Below are positions 39,692 to 48,631 of a stretch of 64,000 nt of DNA, piece by piece (within the stretch, counting starts at the first letter, position 1; each line of letters begins with the position of its first letter). The stretch is from assembly GCA_913048995.1 (NCBI GenBank), contig CAJWXK010000001.1, positions 8,230-72,229 on the forward strand. Reading direction: 5' to 3'. The stretch comes from an uncultured Synechococcus sp. GTDB lineage: Bacteria > Cyanobacteriota > Cyanobacteriia > PCC-6307 > Cyanobiaceae. The translations under genes and the position numbers were made by a program. Under the pieces are notes generated by a model. That model worked only from the letters and a program-made list of their open reading frames with translations, was not told the origin of the DNA and did not search any database.

Positions 39692-40966
39692 ATTAGCTCC
39701 GCTGCAGCCTCAGCCTCTGCCTTCACGGATCTGGGCCTTGGCCCGGAACTGCTCCGAGCCCTTGATGAAAAGGGGTACACAATCCCCTCGCCAATACAGC
39801 AGCAGGCGATTCCAGCGGTGCTTCAAGGCCACGACGTCATGGGAGCGGCCCAGACCGGTTCAGGTAAAACAGCGGGTTTCACTCTGCCGTTGTTGCAACT
39901 GCTGAGTCAGGGTCGACGGGCCCACTCTCGTCAGGTGAGAGGTCTTGTCCTGACGCCCACCCGCGAGCTTGCCCTCCAGGTCCATGAAAGTGTCGTGGCG
40001 TACGGCAAGCATCTGCCACTCGTTGCTGATGTGATTTTTGGTGGCGTCAAACCTGGTCCACAGATCAAACGGCTCTCAGCTGGAGTCGATGTGTTGGTGG
40101 CAACCCCCGGACGATTGCTTGATCTGCAGAGCCAGCGGGCCCTGGATCTCACTTCTGTGCAGCTGCTGGTGCTCGATGAAGCTGATCGCATGCTGGACAT
40201 GGGCTTCATCCGTGACATCCAGAAGGTGATGTCGCTGCTGCCACCTCGGCGACAAAGCCTGATGTTTTCAGCGACCTTCAGTCCTTCGATCCGCAAGCTG
40301 GCTGCCGGACTGCTGCATCAGCCGCATCAGATCGAGGTCTCTCCGCCGAACAGGGCCAATAGCCAGATCGAGCACCTTGTTCACCCTTGTGACATGGTGC
40401 GGAAAATCGAGCTGCTAATTCATCTGCTTCAACAACGAAGCTGGTCCCAGGTGCTCGTCTTTTCAAGGACTAAGCACGGTGCTAACCGTGTGGTCAAAAA
40501 ATTGCAGGACCATGCCGTCCAAGCGGCAGCAATTCATTCGAACAAAAGCCAAGGGGCTCGAACCCGTGCTCTCAGCGGCTTCAAAAACGGTGAGATCAAA
40601 GTTTTAGTCGCAACCGACATCGCTGCTCGCGGGATCGACATTCACCAGTTGCCATGCGTGGTGAATCTGGATCTGCCCAATGTGGCCGAGGACTATGTCC
40701 ATCGCATCGGCCGTACAGGTCGCGCTGGCGAGCAGGGCTATGCCATCTCGCTCGTGGCGGCTGAAGAGGTGCTTTTACTTAAAGCGATAGAGAAATTGAC
40801 AGGCCAGCCCTTGCGCAAAGAGCCCGTGTCGGGATTTGAACCGACCATCTTGCGAGCTGAGCCCCTTGATCTATCCGGAGGCCGAAGTCGACGTCCCCCT
40901 CGAGGTCGTCATCAAAAAGGTCCTGGATCTGGATCTCGACCCCCAAGACGTCGCCGCAGCGCATGA
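39692..40966 (+). CDS. DEAD-box RNA helicase (RhlE-like); probable ATT start
   Basis: Q motif FTDLGL...GYTIPSPIQ lies in frame upstream of the GTG at 39818; AQTGSGKT, DEAD, SAT, HRIGRTGR. Confidence 0.9.
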   Translation: MSSAAASASAFTDLGLGPELLRALDEKGYTIPSPIQQQAIPAVLQGHDVMGAAQTGSGKTAGFTLPLLQLLSQGRRAHSRQVRGLVLTPTRELALQVHESVVAYGKHLPLVADVIFGGVKPGPQIKRLSAGVDVLVATPGRLLDLQSQRALDLTSVQLLVLDEADRMLDMGFIRDIQKVMSLLPPRRQSLMFSATFSPSIRKLAAGLLHQPHQIEVSPPNRANSQIEHLVHPCDMVRKIELLIHLLQQRSWSQVLVFSRTKHGANRVVKKLQDHAVQAAAIHSNKSQGARTRALSGFKNGEIKVLVATDIAARGIDIHQLPCVVNLDLPNVAEDYVHRIGRTGRAGEQGYAISLVAAEEVLLLKAIEKLTGQPLRKEPVSGFEPTILRAEPLDLSGGRSRRPPRGRHQKGPGSGSRPPRRRRSA

Positions 40967-41463
40967 CTTTCACCACACTTGATCAGTTAAGCCACCAGGA
41001 CATTCTTGGTCTGGAACATCGTGCGCGCAAGAACGGCACGGCGATTGCTCCTTCGATGCTGATAGGCAGGTGGTGCCCACGAAAATTATGGGCGGCCGGC
41101 CAGGATCAAGCCAATGCCCTGCAATCCTTAGCGCTCAATCTTTTGGGCGCGGAGCTGGTAATTGAAAATAGCTCCGCGCTGATGCCAGAACCACTTCAGC
41201 TGAGCAATTCGGTCCGCATCGGCCCTTTGATGCTTCGCTTCAGAGGCGCAGCCTGGTTTTCAGGCCGCCGACCCTTGTTGCAGTTCAGATTTGACGAGCT
41301 TGAACTCCGTTTGGGTCCCTGGATTCTGTTCAAGCGTCAACTCCCCAAGCCCGAGCCAAGACGGACACCGTTTTTTGCCCTGATCGGGGTTAATCCTCGT
41401 GGTTGGCTCCTGGCTCGCGGTCGTGGTGGTGGACTGGCGTTGTGGCAGTGCCAGTGCGCTTGA
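40963..41463 (+). CDS. conserved hypothetical protein
   Basis: ATGA overlap with helicase; PFFALI...ARGRGGGLALW. Confidence 0.7.
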   Translation: MTFTTLDQLSHQDILGLEHRARKNGTAIAPSMLIGRWCPRKLWAAGQDQANALQSLALNLLGAELVIENSSALMPEPLQLSNSVRIGPLMLRFRGAAWFSGRRPLLQFRFDELELRLGPWILFKRQLPKPEPRRTPFFALIGVNPRGWLLARGRGGGLALWQCQCA

Positions 41464-41466
41464 ACG

Positions 41467-41691
41467 ATGGCGCTAACAGAACAAGTTCTCCGTGCACGCT
41501 TACTCGAATTTCTCAAATTCCGTGTACTGGCCGCGCAGGAGTCGTTCTTTGACCCTTTCAGCAAAGCTGATGGCCTGGATTCCGAATCCTTCCGTGCTTG
41601 GCTTGCTGGTTGTTGGCCTGAGGCCCTTGCCCTTGCAGATGAAGATCTGAAGCATGTACTCAGTCAGGCCCACAGGCTTTATGTGAATTGA
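41467..41691 (+). CDS. conserved hypothetical protein
   Basis: LLEFLKFRVLAAQE; tight spacing in operon. Confidence 0.7.
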   Translation: MALTEQVLRARLLEFLKFRVLAAQESFFDPFSKADGLDSESFRAWLAGCWPEALALADEDLKHVLSQAHRLYVN

Positions 41692-42387
41692 ATGGACGCT
41701 TCTGCCGACTTGTCAGTCCGAGTGCCTGAGCCGGAGCTGATGAATGAAGAGCTACAGGTTCAGGCTTATGCCGAAGCCGATTTCAGTCAAAGCGACCATG
41801 CTCTTGTTGACTGGATTGCTAAGCGCTGGCCTCAAGGTTTAGGGCCCATGGCGGTTGATCTTGGTTGTGGGCCCGGAAATATCAGCCTGTTGCTCGTGCA
41901 GCGCTGGCGCGATTTAAAAGTGGTCGGGATCGATGGTGCTCCTCAAATGCTTGCTGTTGCAGCAGAGCGACAGAACCATTTAGAGCCACAGGTGTCAGTC
42001 CGTCTCCAGTGGCAACAGGCGTGCCTGCAAAATCATGAACTGGGGTGTGACTACAGCGGGATTGTCAGCAACAGCCTGTTGCACCATCTACATGATCCTC
42101 AGGTCCTTTGGCAGACCTTGCCTCAACTGGGAATTGATGGTGCTGCGGTGGTGATCCACGACTTACGTCGACCAGAGGATGAGTCCGTGCTTAAAGAACT
42201 CATCGATTGCTATGCCGCTGATGCACCGTCTGTACTGAAGCGCGATTACGAAGCCTCATTACGGGCAGCCTTTACTGCCGCCGAAGTGGAGAGCCAACTG
42301 CGGGAGGCAGGCCTTGAATACCTTGAGGTTCTCGAGCGTGAGGACCGCTATCTGACGGTTGCCGGAGTGCTCAGGTCGCCTGGATAA
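41692..42387 (+). CDS. class I SAM-dependent methyltransferase
   Basis: PEPELM, DLGCGPG, SNSLLHH, DLRRP. Confidence 0.88.
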   Translation: MDASADLSVRVPEPELMNEELQVQAYAEADFSQSDHALVDWIAKRWPQGLGPMAVDLGCGPGNISLLLVQRWRDLKVVGIDGAPQMLAVAAERQNHLEPQVSVRLQWQQACLQNHELGCDYSGIVSNSLLHHLHDPQVLWQTLPQLGIDGAAVVIHDLRRPEDESVLKELIDCYAADAPSVLKRDYEASLRAAFTAAEVESQLREAGLEYLEVLEREDRYLTVAGVLRSPG

Positions 42388-42445
42388 CCCAGCCCAGTGC
42401 AGGCGATGCGACAAGCTGGTCGGCCCTGGATCGTTCCGGCCCCCC

Positions 42446-42853
42446 ATGAGCACATGCACGGTCAGCCGCGGTGGCGCTTTGCTGAGCCTTCGCCCCCTTG
42501 TGGTTGAAGCGGAGCTGGACACCGAGCTTTCTGAAGGCAAGAAGGGCCGAAAGACACCAAACAAGCATGGTGGGTTTGGTGGCACAGGGCATGGGAAAGG
42601 GAAAAAGACCAAGAAGAAAGGCACAGGCCTCTCAGCAGCGGATCGCAACCCTCTCGGTAAAGCACCGGACGTTGAAGCGATGAAGGCCAGGGGCTATCTG
42701 CATCTGCCGCTGTCGGGCCGTCTGACCTCTGCTCAAGTCAAGGTTGCCTACAAGAAGCTGGCTGCTTCGCATCACCCTGATCAGGGAGGCGACATCGAGA
42801 TCATGCAGAGCGTCAACAAGGCGCGAGATCTTCTGCTTGGCCTCAATCACTGA
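42446..42853 (+). CDS. small J-domain protein with Gly/Lys-rich segment
   Basis: AYKKLAASHHPDQGG (HPD motif). Confidence 0.8.
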   Translation: MSTCTVSRGGALLSLRPLVVEAELDTELSEGKKGRKTPNKHGGFGGTGHGKGKKTKKKGTGLSAADRNPLGKAPDVEAMKARGYLHLPLSGRLTSAQVKVAYKKLAASHHPDQGGDIEIMQSVNKARDLLLGLNH

Positions 42854-43547
42854 TGCTGCTGAGCTCGCTGCCCGCTCCTGGAACATCCAACCATCGGCGG
42901 AGCCAATTGACGAGGAGGTAGAAGGGTCCTGTGTCGATCAAGGCTGCGATCAACTTGAACACGTAACCGGCTGCAATGAGATTCAGCAGCTGGGGCACCA
43001 CCGGCAAGCTGGTATCAATGGGGAGTACATCACCAGCTAGATGACTGATGAGTACGACAGCTGTGGTGTCCACCAGCTGGCTGATCAATGTGGATCCATT
43101 GTTCCGGAGCCAGAGTGCACGTCCGCCTGTGAGCTGTTTCCAGAAATGGAACAGGCGAACATCAGTGAACTGGGCTGTCATGTAGGCCACCATCGACGCT
43201 CCGACTGACCCAAAAGCCAGACGTTGGACTTCGAAATAAGTCGAACTGTCGGTACCAGGGAGTACACCTCCCAGCCAAAGGATGAAGACAATCCAGCCAT
43301 TCAGCAGCAGGCCAATCCAAACGAGCTGATTGGCTTTGCTCTCACCCCAGATCTCACTAATCAGATCGGTACATAGAAACGTCAGTGGATAAGGCAAAGC
43401 ACCCACGGCGACGATCAACGGCCATCCCCCGATCGCTCCGAGGGTGACAAATCGAGTTAAACCCAGGATGTTGAGCATCGCCATTGTGCCCAGGAACAGC
43501 CCGGAAAGCAGTAGAAACGTCAGATCACGGCGTTCCTGGAGTGTCAT
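42843..43547 (-). CDS. VUT/YhhQ-family queuosine precursor transporter
   Basis: YPLTFLCTDLISE, AQFTDV, LWLRNNGSTLISQLVDT. Confidence 0.88.
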   Translation of the reverse strand: MTLQERRDLTFLLLSGLFLGTMAMLNILGLTRFVTLGAIGGWPLIVAVGALPYPLTFLCTDLISEIWGESKANQLVWIGLLLNGWIVFILWLGGVLPGTDSSTYFEVQRLAFGSVGASMVAYMTAQFTDVRLFHFWKQLTGGRALWLRNNGSTLISQLVDTTAVVLISHLAGDVLPIDTSLPVVPQLLNLIAAGYVFKLIAALIDTGPFYLLVNWLRRWLDVPGAGSELSSISD

Positions 43548-44338
43548 GGCTTGAGGGGACGATGAAAGCTGACGCCGATGACATCAGCGACACCTGATGC
43601 ATAGCGGTTCAGGTCCCGGCTGCGCACGACACCACCCCTAGGGGCTGCATGCAGTCCATGCACCCTGTTCTGCTCTCGCTCCACCAGGCCGACGTGGGTC
43701 ACATCCAGACCGGGGACACTGGTTACCAAGGCAAAGATGTCACCATCACGGAGCATCGGTTCCACTGCTGGAAGACGTTCTAAAGGGATGTAGCTCTGAT
43801 GAACGATCAGGTTCTTCTCAAGAGTTTGGATGCAAAGCAGGTTGCGTTTGTTGCGCAATGGCCTGTAGCTGCTGCTGTGGGTACTCATGTAATTCAACTG
43901 ACGCTGACGACGTTGAGCACCAGGTAACTCTGGGGTGATGTCACGTAACACATTGCTCGCTTCGGCCTGCTGGCTCCAGAGGCTGAAGTAATGCTGCCTA
44001 TGGCAGTAATCGACGAAGCCGCCTCGATAGCGCAAGTGACGCACTCGGTTTTCAAAGGCACTGCGGGTGCTCTCACGGGCCAATGCAAGTAATTGCTCGA
44101 CAAAGAGAAAACAGTCAAAAGCCGTGAGATCGATCTGCAGCTGCTCTGGCCCAGTATCCAAAGAAAAAGAGCGATAGGGACGACCCAGGGATTGTCGAGC
44201 TAACTCGACCATGTGAGCACCAAGCTCTTGCCCAGATGGCTGACCCATCATCTGGCGAAGCAGCTCAGAAGAACCGCCGACATAGACAACAGCGACCAAC
44301 AGTGAGCCCAGTAGAGCCGTCATGAAAACAGCAACCAA
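43544..44338 (-). CDS. DUF1460 NlpC/P60-type amidase-like protein
   Basis: LGRPY, FDCFLFVE (Cys), RQHYFS, LDVTHVG (His), HA. Confidence 0.85.
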   Translation of the reverse strand: MVAVFMTALLGSLLVAVVYVGGSSELLRQMMGQPSGQELGAHMVELARQSLGRPYRSFSLDTGPEQLQIDLTAFDCFLFVEQLLALARESTRSAFENRVRHLRYRGGFVDYCHRQHYFSLWSQQAEASNVLRDITPELPGAQRRQRQLNYMSTHSSSYRPLRNKRNLLCIQTLEKNLIVHQSYIPLERLPAVEPMLRDGDIFALVTSVPGLDVTHVGLVEREQNRVHGLHAAPRGGVVRSRDLNRYASGVADVIGVSFHRPLKP

Positions 44339-44862
44339 CCATCACGGCGGTGAAAGTCTGCGTCTATTCCACCGTGATTTTTAGCCCAGTAACTGATGTC
44401 ACCGTCACGCTTCTGGAGAACGACAGAAAGACCCACTTGAAGCGAATTTGCATCGAGAAGTTCCTGAGGCAATTTGACAGAGAATTCAATCTGACGACGT
44501 ACTGTTTTATCCGTGAGATTCTGCTTCTGGGAACGAAGTGGAGGGATATCAAGTTCAGCGGCGGTAAGCTCACTTCTGTAACTCTCCAGCCGATACCAGT
44601 TCCAGTGTCCACTGGGGCAGAGATTTAGCTCCCAGTAGGGCGAAGTCGATATTGATCCAACAAAAAGCTCCAAGCAGGTGCTCTGCCATAGTCCATCGCG
44701 ACGTTCAGCTGCTTCGACAGGTTCAGGCCATAACAAATCAAAGCCTTGTTTGTACTCAAGTGAATAATTGATCTGCAGTGTTAAACCCTTGCGTTGAATC
44801 AACCCAGTCAGTTCGACGGACTCCCATCCACTCAGGTCAAAAGGGATCAGGCGATAGGCCAT
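44320..44862 (-). CDS. DOMON-like domain protein
   Basis: RRDGLWQSTCLELF, YWELNLCPSGHW, DFH. Confidence 0.8.
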   Translation of the reverse strand: MAYRLIPFDLSGWESVELTGLIQRKGLTLQINYSLEYKQGFDLLWPEPVEAAERRDGLWQSTCLELFVGSISTSPYWELNLCPSGHWNWYRLESYRSELTAAELDIPPLRSQKQNLTDKTVRRQIEFSVKLPQELLDANSLQVGLSVVLQKRDGDISYWAKNHGGIDADFHRRDGWLLFS

Positions 44863-44866
44863 GCCA

Positions 44867-45991
44867 TCAGCGAAGGCGCCCGATCAGACTCTTGATTTTG
44901 TCTTCTTGGGCTTCCACGCTTGCGCAGAGATTGAATTGCACTCTTGCCCTCTTGAGATTCTGGCGTTGATCGCAAACTTTGAAGTAGCGATTTCCCTCAA
45001 GGTGGTCGGTGAAAAAACGTAGTCCCAGTTCAAAGGGAATCAATCGCATAGCATCGAACAGATAGATGAAATCAGCATCAGTGAGGAAGCTACGAGCAGT
45101 GCTGAGATAGCCTTCAAGGATTGATTCGCAAAGCTGTAGATCAAAGACAACGTTTTCTAGATCTGCTGTCTCTTCTCCTAGTGGATTGCAGCCAGAACGT
45201 AGACAATCGCCGATGTCATAATGTACCAATCCTGGCTTGACGGTATCAAGGTCGACCAAGGCAATGGCTTTGCCGCTTTCGGCATCCATCATTAAGTTGT
45301 TGACTTTTGGATCCCCATGAATGGGACGCAACTGCAGCACGCCTTTTTCCTTGGCATCTTCCAAAACTGCAGCAATAGAACGGTGTGAATCAATGAAGTC
45401 CTGGCAGGCCTGCTCTTCTGCATCGAGAGGTTTATTTCGCTGCTTCAGCACTTGATCGTGATGCCTGAGATAAGTCGGGGTGATGTGAAACCCCTCAAGT
45501 GTGTCCTCAAGTTCATCAGCTGGAAGATCACTGATCAGATTGTGGAACATTCCGAGTCCGTATCCCACTTGCCTTGCCTGCTCGATGCTGTCCACCACAT
45601 CCAACGTGACGGCGGCTCCGATGTAGCTGATGCCACGCCAGAAATCGCCATGCTCTTCAACCCAGTGTCCGTCGGTGTGCTTTAAACGAATCACACGAGG
45701 CATCTCCCAGCGACGACCCTCCAGTTCGACAGGAGAATTGCTGAGCTTGTCATCAACATGACGGCTAACAGTCAACAAGTTATGCATGACCCGCTCCGGC
45801 GAACGAAACACGTCAGTGTTGACTCGTTGCATCACAAAGGCTTCGCCTTCAGCCTCATGGGGCTCCACCAGGAAAGTGTCATTGACGTTGCCATTGCCAA
45901 GAGGGCTAATACGACGGATATTGCCACTGGCCACAAATTGGCCGGCAATGCTGCTCAGATTCTGGTTGCCCGGCTGGGATATGGCACTCAA
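44867..45991 (-). CDS. APH-fold kinase, N-acetylhexosamine 1-kinase-like
   Basis: GNGNVNDTF, QRVN, HGDPKVNN, DLDTVKPG, RFFTDHLEGNRYF. Confidence 0.85.
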   Translation of the reverse strand: MSAISQPGNQNLSSIAGQFVASGNIRRISPLGNGNVNDTFLVEPHEAEGEAFVMQRVNTDVFRSPERVMHNLLTVSRHVDDKLSNSPVELEGRRWEMPRVIRLKHTDGHWVEEHGDFWRGISYIGAAVTLDVVDSIEQARQVGYGLGMFHNLISDLPADELEDTLEGFHITPTYLRHHDQVLKQRNKPLDAEEQACQDFIDSHRSIAAVLEDAKEKGVLQLRPIHGDPKVNNLMMDAESGKAIALVDLDTVKPGLVHYDIGDCLRSGCNPLGEETADLENVVFDLQLCESILEGYLSTARSFLTDADFIYLFDAMRLIPFELGLRFFTDHLEGNRYFKVCDQRQNLKRARVQFNLCASVEAQEDKIKSLIGRLR

Positions 45992-46071
45992 CGGGGCTTG
46001 GCGGCGAGGGTCTCAAGTTGCCACCAGTGAGACCATCTAACAGCTGGTTGGGTGCCAGCTCCTGGAATGGA

Positions 46072-46986
46072 TCATGATTGTTCAGTCTCCCAGCGCAGGC
46101 CGCCGTCCTGCCAACTCACAGGATCCTCAATTGGTTCCAGGTGCGTGAACACATGGCAGGGATCTAGTAATTGAGCCACTTCCTGCTCAAGCTCTTCGCA
46201 ATAGTCATGGCCCTGTTTGACACTCCAGTACCCGGGCACCAGGACATGCAGTGCAACAAAGCGACGTGATCCGGCCACACGAGTGCGGAGAGCATGGAAA
46301 TCAATGCCACTTCCTTTACGAGCCTGCAGAAGAGCCTCGAGCTGACGTAGTTCCTGTTCCGGTAGGGACCGATCCATCAGGCCGTTTGCGGTTTCGCTCA
46401 GCAGCCGGAATCCGGTGATGCTGATTTGTACTGCTACGGCCATCGCCACGAGTGGATCGAGAATGCTCCAGCCTGTGAGATGCACGAGCCCGATCGCCGC
46501 GACGATGCCCACAGAAGTCCAAACATCACTCAGTAAATGTTGAGCATCAGCGCGCAGCGTGATGGAGCGAAAGCGTCGTGCAGCCCGCATTAAAAGAAGG
46601 GCCACGCCGGCATTGATGCCTGTGGCAACCAACGAAAGGGCAAGCCCCAGGTCCACCTGTTGCAGGGGGGTTGGATTGGCCAATTGACCGATCGCGGCCC
46701 AGATGATGCCGCAAGCCGCCACGACAATCAGAGCACTTTCAAGGCCGCTGGAGAAGTATTCAGCCTTGGAATGGCCGTAACTGTGAGCTCGATCAGCTGG
46801 CTTTGCAGCCATACCCAAGGCCCAGAACGCGGTCAGCGCTGCAATGAGATTGATGCTCGACTCGAGAGCATCAGATAGAAGGCCTACCGAACCTGTCAGC
46901 CGCCAGGCCAGGGTCTTGATCAAGATGGTGACGATGGCCGCCAGCACCGAGATCACGGCATAAGAACGGGCGGAAGCAAGTCGCAT
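46072..46986 (-). CDS. cation diffusion facilitator (FieF-like)
   Basis: SDALES, HSYGHSKAEY, HLLSD, THLEP. Confidence 0.92.
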   Translation of the reverse strand: MRLASARSYAVISVLAAIVTILIKTLAWRLTGSVGLLSDALESSINLIAALTAFWALGMAAKPADRAHSYGHSKAEYFSSGLESALIVVAACGIIWAAIGQLANPTPLQQVDLGLALSLVATGINAGVALLLMRAARRFRSITLRADAQHLLSDVWTSVGIVAAIGLVHLTGWSILDPLVAMAVAVQISITGFRLLSETANGLMDRSLPEQELRQLEALLQARKGSGIDFHALRTRVAGSRRFVALHVLVPGYWSVKQGHDYCEELEQEVAQLLDPCHVFTHLEPIEDPVSWQDGGLRWETEQS

Positions 46987-47027
46987 CGACGGCGCTGACC
47001 CTCAGGAGAGGTCTATGAGAATTGTGC

Positions 47028-47444
47028 TCAGCTCTGTATGCGCTGCCCACTGATCCGCTCACAACGTTCAGAACAAAGCACCTCGAGATTCGCTCGACGA
47101 GTCAGTTGTAATCGCCGGTAAGCCCACCAGTTGTAAAGAGCATCAACGAGAACACTGATCACGGGCCATCGGGTTGGGGCATAAAGCCAACCGAATCCGA
47201 CGATGGCGTAGGCCTGACGGAACACCTCAACATTGGTAATGACTTCGCCGTCAGAGCGAATTGCATGCATACGACCCATGGCCTGGCGGTAGCTGATTCC
47301 TGCATGGCAATCAGGGTCGTATTCGTCTTCATCAATGTCTGTGAAGGCAATTAACCCCCTTCCAGCATCGAGTCTTCTGAGCGAGCGAACTTCCCGCAGA
47401 CAGAGCGGACAACCACCGTCGTATAGGAGCGTCAGCTCAGCCAC
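47028..47444 (-). CDS. DCC/DUF393 thiol-disulfide oxidoreductase family
   Basis: LLYDGGCPLC; GTG start at 47444 overlaps upstream small gene. Confidence 0.88.
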   Translation of the reverse strand: MAELTLLYDGGCPLCLREVRSLRRLDAGRGLIAFTDIDEDEYDPDCHAGISYRQAMGRMHAIRSDGEVITNVEVFRQAYAIVGFGWLYAPTRWPVISVLVDALYNWWAYRRLQLTRRANLEVLCSERCERISGQRIQS

Positions 47445-47628
47445 CGAAGCTGTCCTTAGGCTTGAGGTTGAGCAGCTCAGCGCCGTAGGCCTCACTCATA
47501 GAAACCTGCAGTTGCCAGATGCGCAGCAGGGATTTAGCCATGTCTCGCAGCTCAAGCAAGTCCTCGCAGCGGTCGATGGCACGCTCATGCATGGTGACCG
47601 TGAACTCTCTGTTGAGGGGGAGAGGCAT
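47437..47628 (-). CDS. NblA-like small helical protein (candidate phycobilisome degradation adaptor)
   Basis: 63 aa; PLPLNREF resembles NblA L-S-L-E-Q-x-F, then two amphipathic helices; HLR1-like site upstream. Confidence 0.55.
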   Translation of the reverse strand: MPLPLNREFTVTMHERAIDRCEDLLELRDMAKSLLRIWQLQVSMSEAYGAELLNLKPKDSFGG

Positions 47629-47641
47629 GTGGATAAATCTC

Positions 47642-47659
47642 TTTTCAAAAGTTTACAAA
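47642..47659. promoter_or_regulatory. HLR1 (RpaB-binding) direct repeat
   Basis: TTTTCAAA-AG-TTTACAAA vs KTTACAWW-N2-KTTACAWW, one mismatch. Confidence 0.6.
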
Positions 47660-47963
47660 GAGTCGATGAGCGTTGTGTGTGCATCGTGCCTGCCTGGTCG
47701 CTCGCTTGATGCGGCCTCAATCCTGGCGTGGGCTGTGAGGCGCCTTCTTAACTCATCTTCAGACCATGGTTGTGCTCAAATCATTGGCCCGCCATTAGAT
47801 AACAGCGGCAATCGGCAGCTTGACCGGTTCCTAGGGCACGGTGAGGCTTGTGATCCGCCTGAAGCCCGTGGAGAAAGACTCAGGTGAACCCTTTGATAGT
47901 TTTCGCGCTGAGGATCAGCTTAAGAAAGGCTGCGCGTAGTTTGGAAATGACGACGCCCTCTCG

Positions 47964-48587
47964 TTACCCCTGGAGGCTGCGCACAAATGCTTCCAATGAG
48001 CCGGCATTGATCCAGCCTGTGGCGATCGTCTTGCTTTCACTGTCGCTGATCCGGCCTCGGTGGATATGGGAAAGATCCGCTGGGAAAATTGCTAGTCGGC
48101 CACAGACAGCATCGACATGATGATCCTGCCAGTGGAATTCGGTTCCAGCGTCGGCAACATCATTCAAGTAAAGAATCCAGGCTAGAACTCGCCGGATGGG
48201 CTGCGTTGCATCTTCAGAGGTCGTCCAATCGGCATGCCAGGCCTTGAAGCCCTCTCCTGGGGAGTAGTGCTGCAGATTGAAGAGCGGCATCACAAACAGT
48301 GAGCGCTCCGGGACGGTCTCCATGAACAGAGGTCGTTCCTTCAGGTAACGGCCGAGTCCTCCGGCAACAGCTCGCATTAACTGGTCACTGATCTGGAAGG
48401 CATCGGGGTCGGATCGATCAAGCCACACCAAAGAGATGTCAGTTGAAACCTTCCGCGGTGATGTCGGGTCATCCCCAAAACTTGCTCCATCACGGTGCAG
48501 ATCCTGCCGCCTCCCGTAGAAATCCAAGGCTGCCTGAGCAGCCTCACTAAGGTCATCGCTGGTGTAAGTGCCGATTAGTCGCATCAA
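47964..48587 (-). CDS. 2OG-Fe(II) oxygenase
   Basis: WHAD (HxD), ILYLND, HIHRG. Confidence 0.87.
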   Translation of the reverse strand: MMRLIGTYTSDDLSEAAQAALDFYGRRQDLHRDGASFGDDPTSPRKVSTDISLVWLDRSDPDAFQISDQLMRAVAGGLGRYLKERPLFMETVPERSLFVMPLFNLQHYSPGEGFKAWHADWTTSEDATQPIRRVLAWILYLNDVADAGTEFHWQDHHVDAVCGRLAIFPADLSHIHRGRISDSESKTIATGWINAGSLEAFVRSLQG

Positions 48588-48631
48588 CGCTCAACGTGGT
48601 TTGAATGGTCTGGCCACCACGCCCCAGCACC

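Noticed and set aside
39666-39905. 79-aa TTG ORF overlapping the helicase 5' end as a separate gene
   Set aside because: Out of frame over the conserved Q motif; no slippery site seen; kept only as an alternative explanation.
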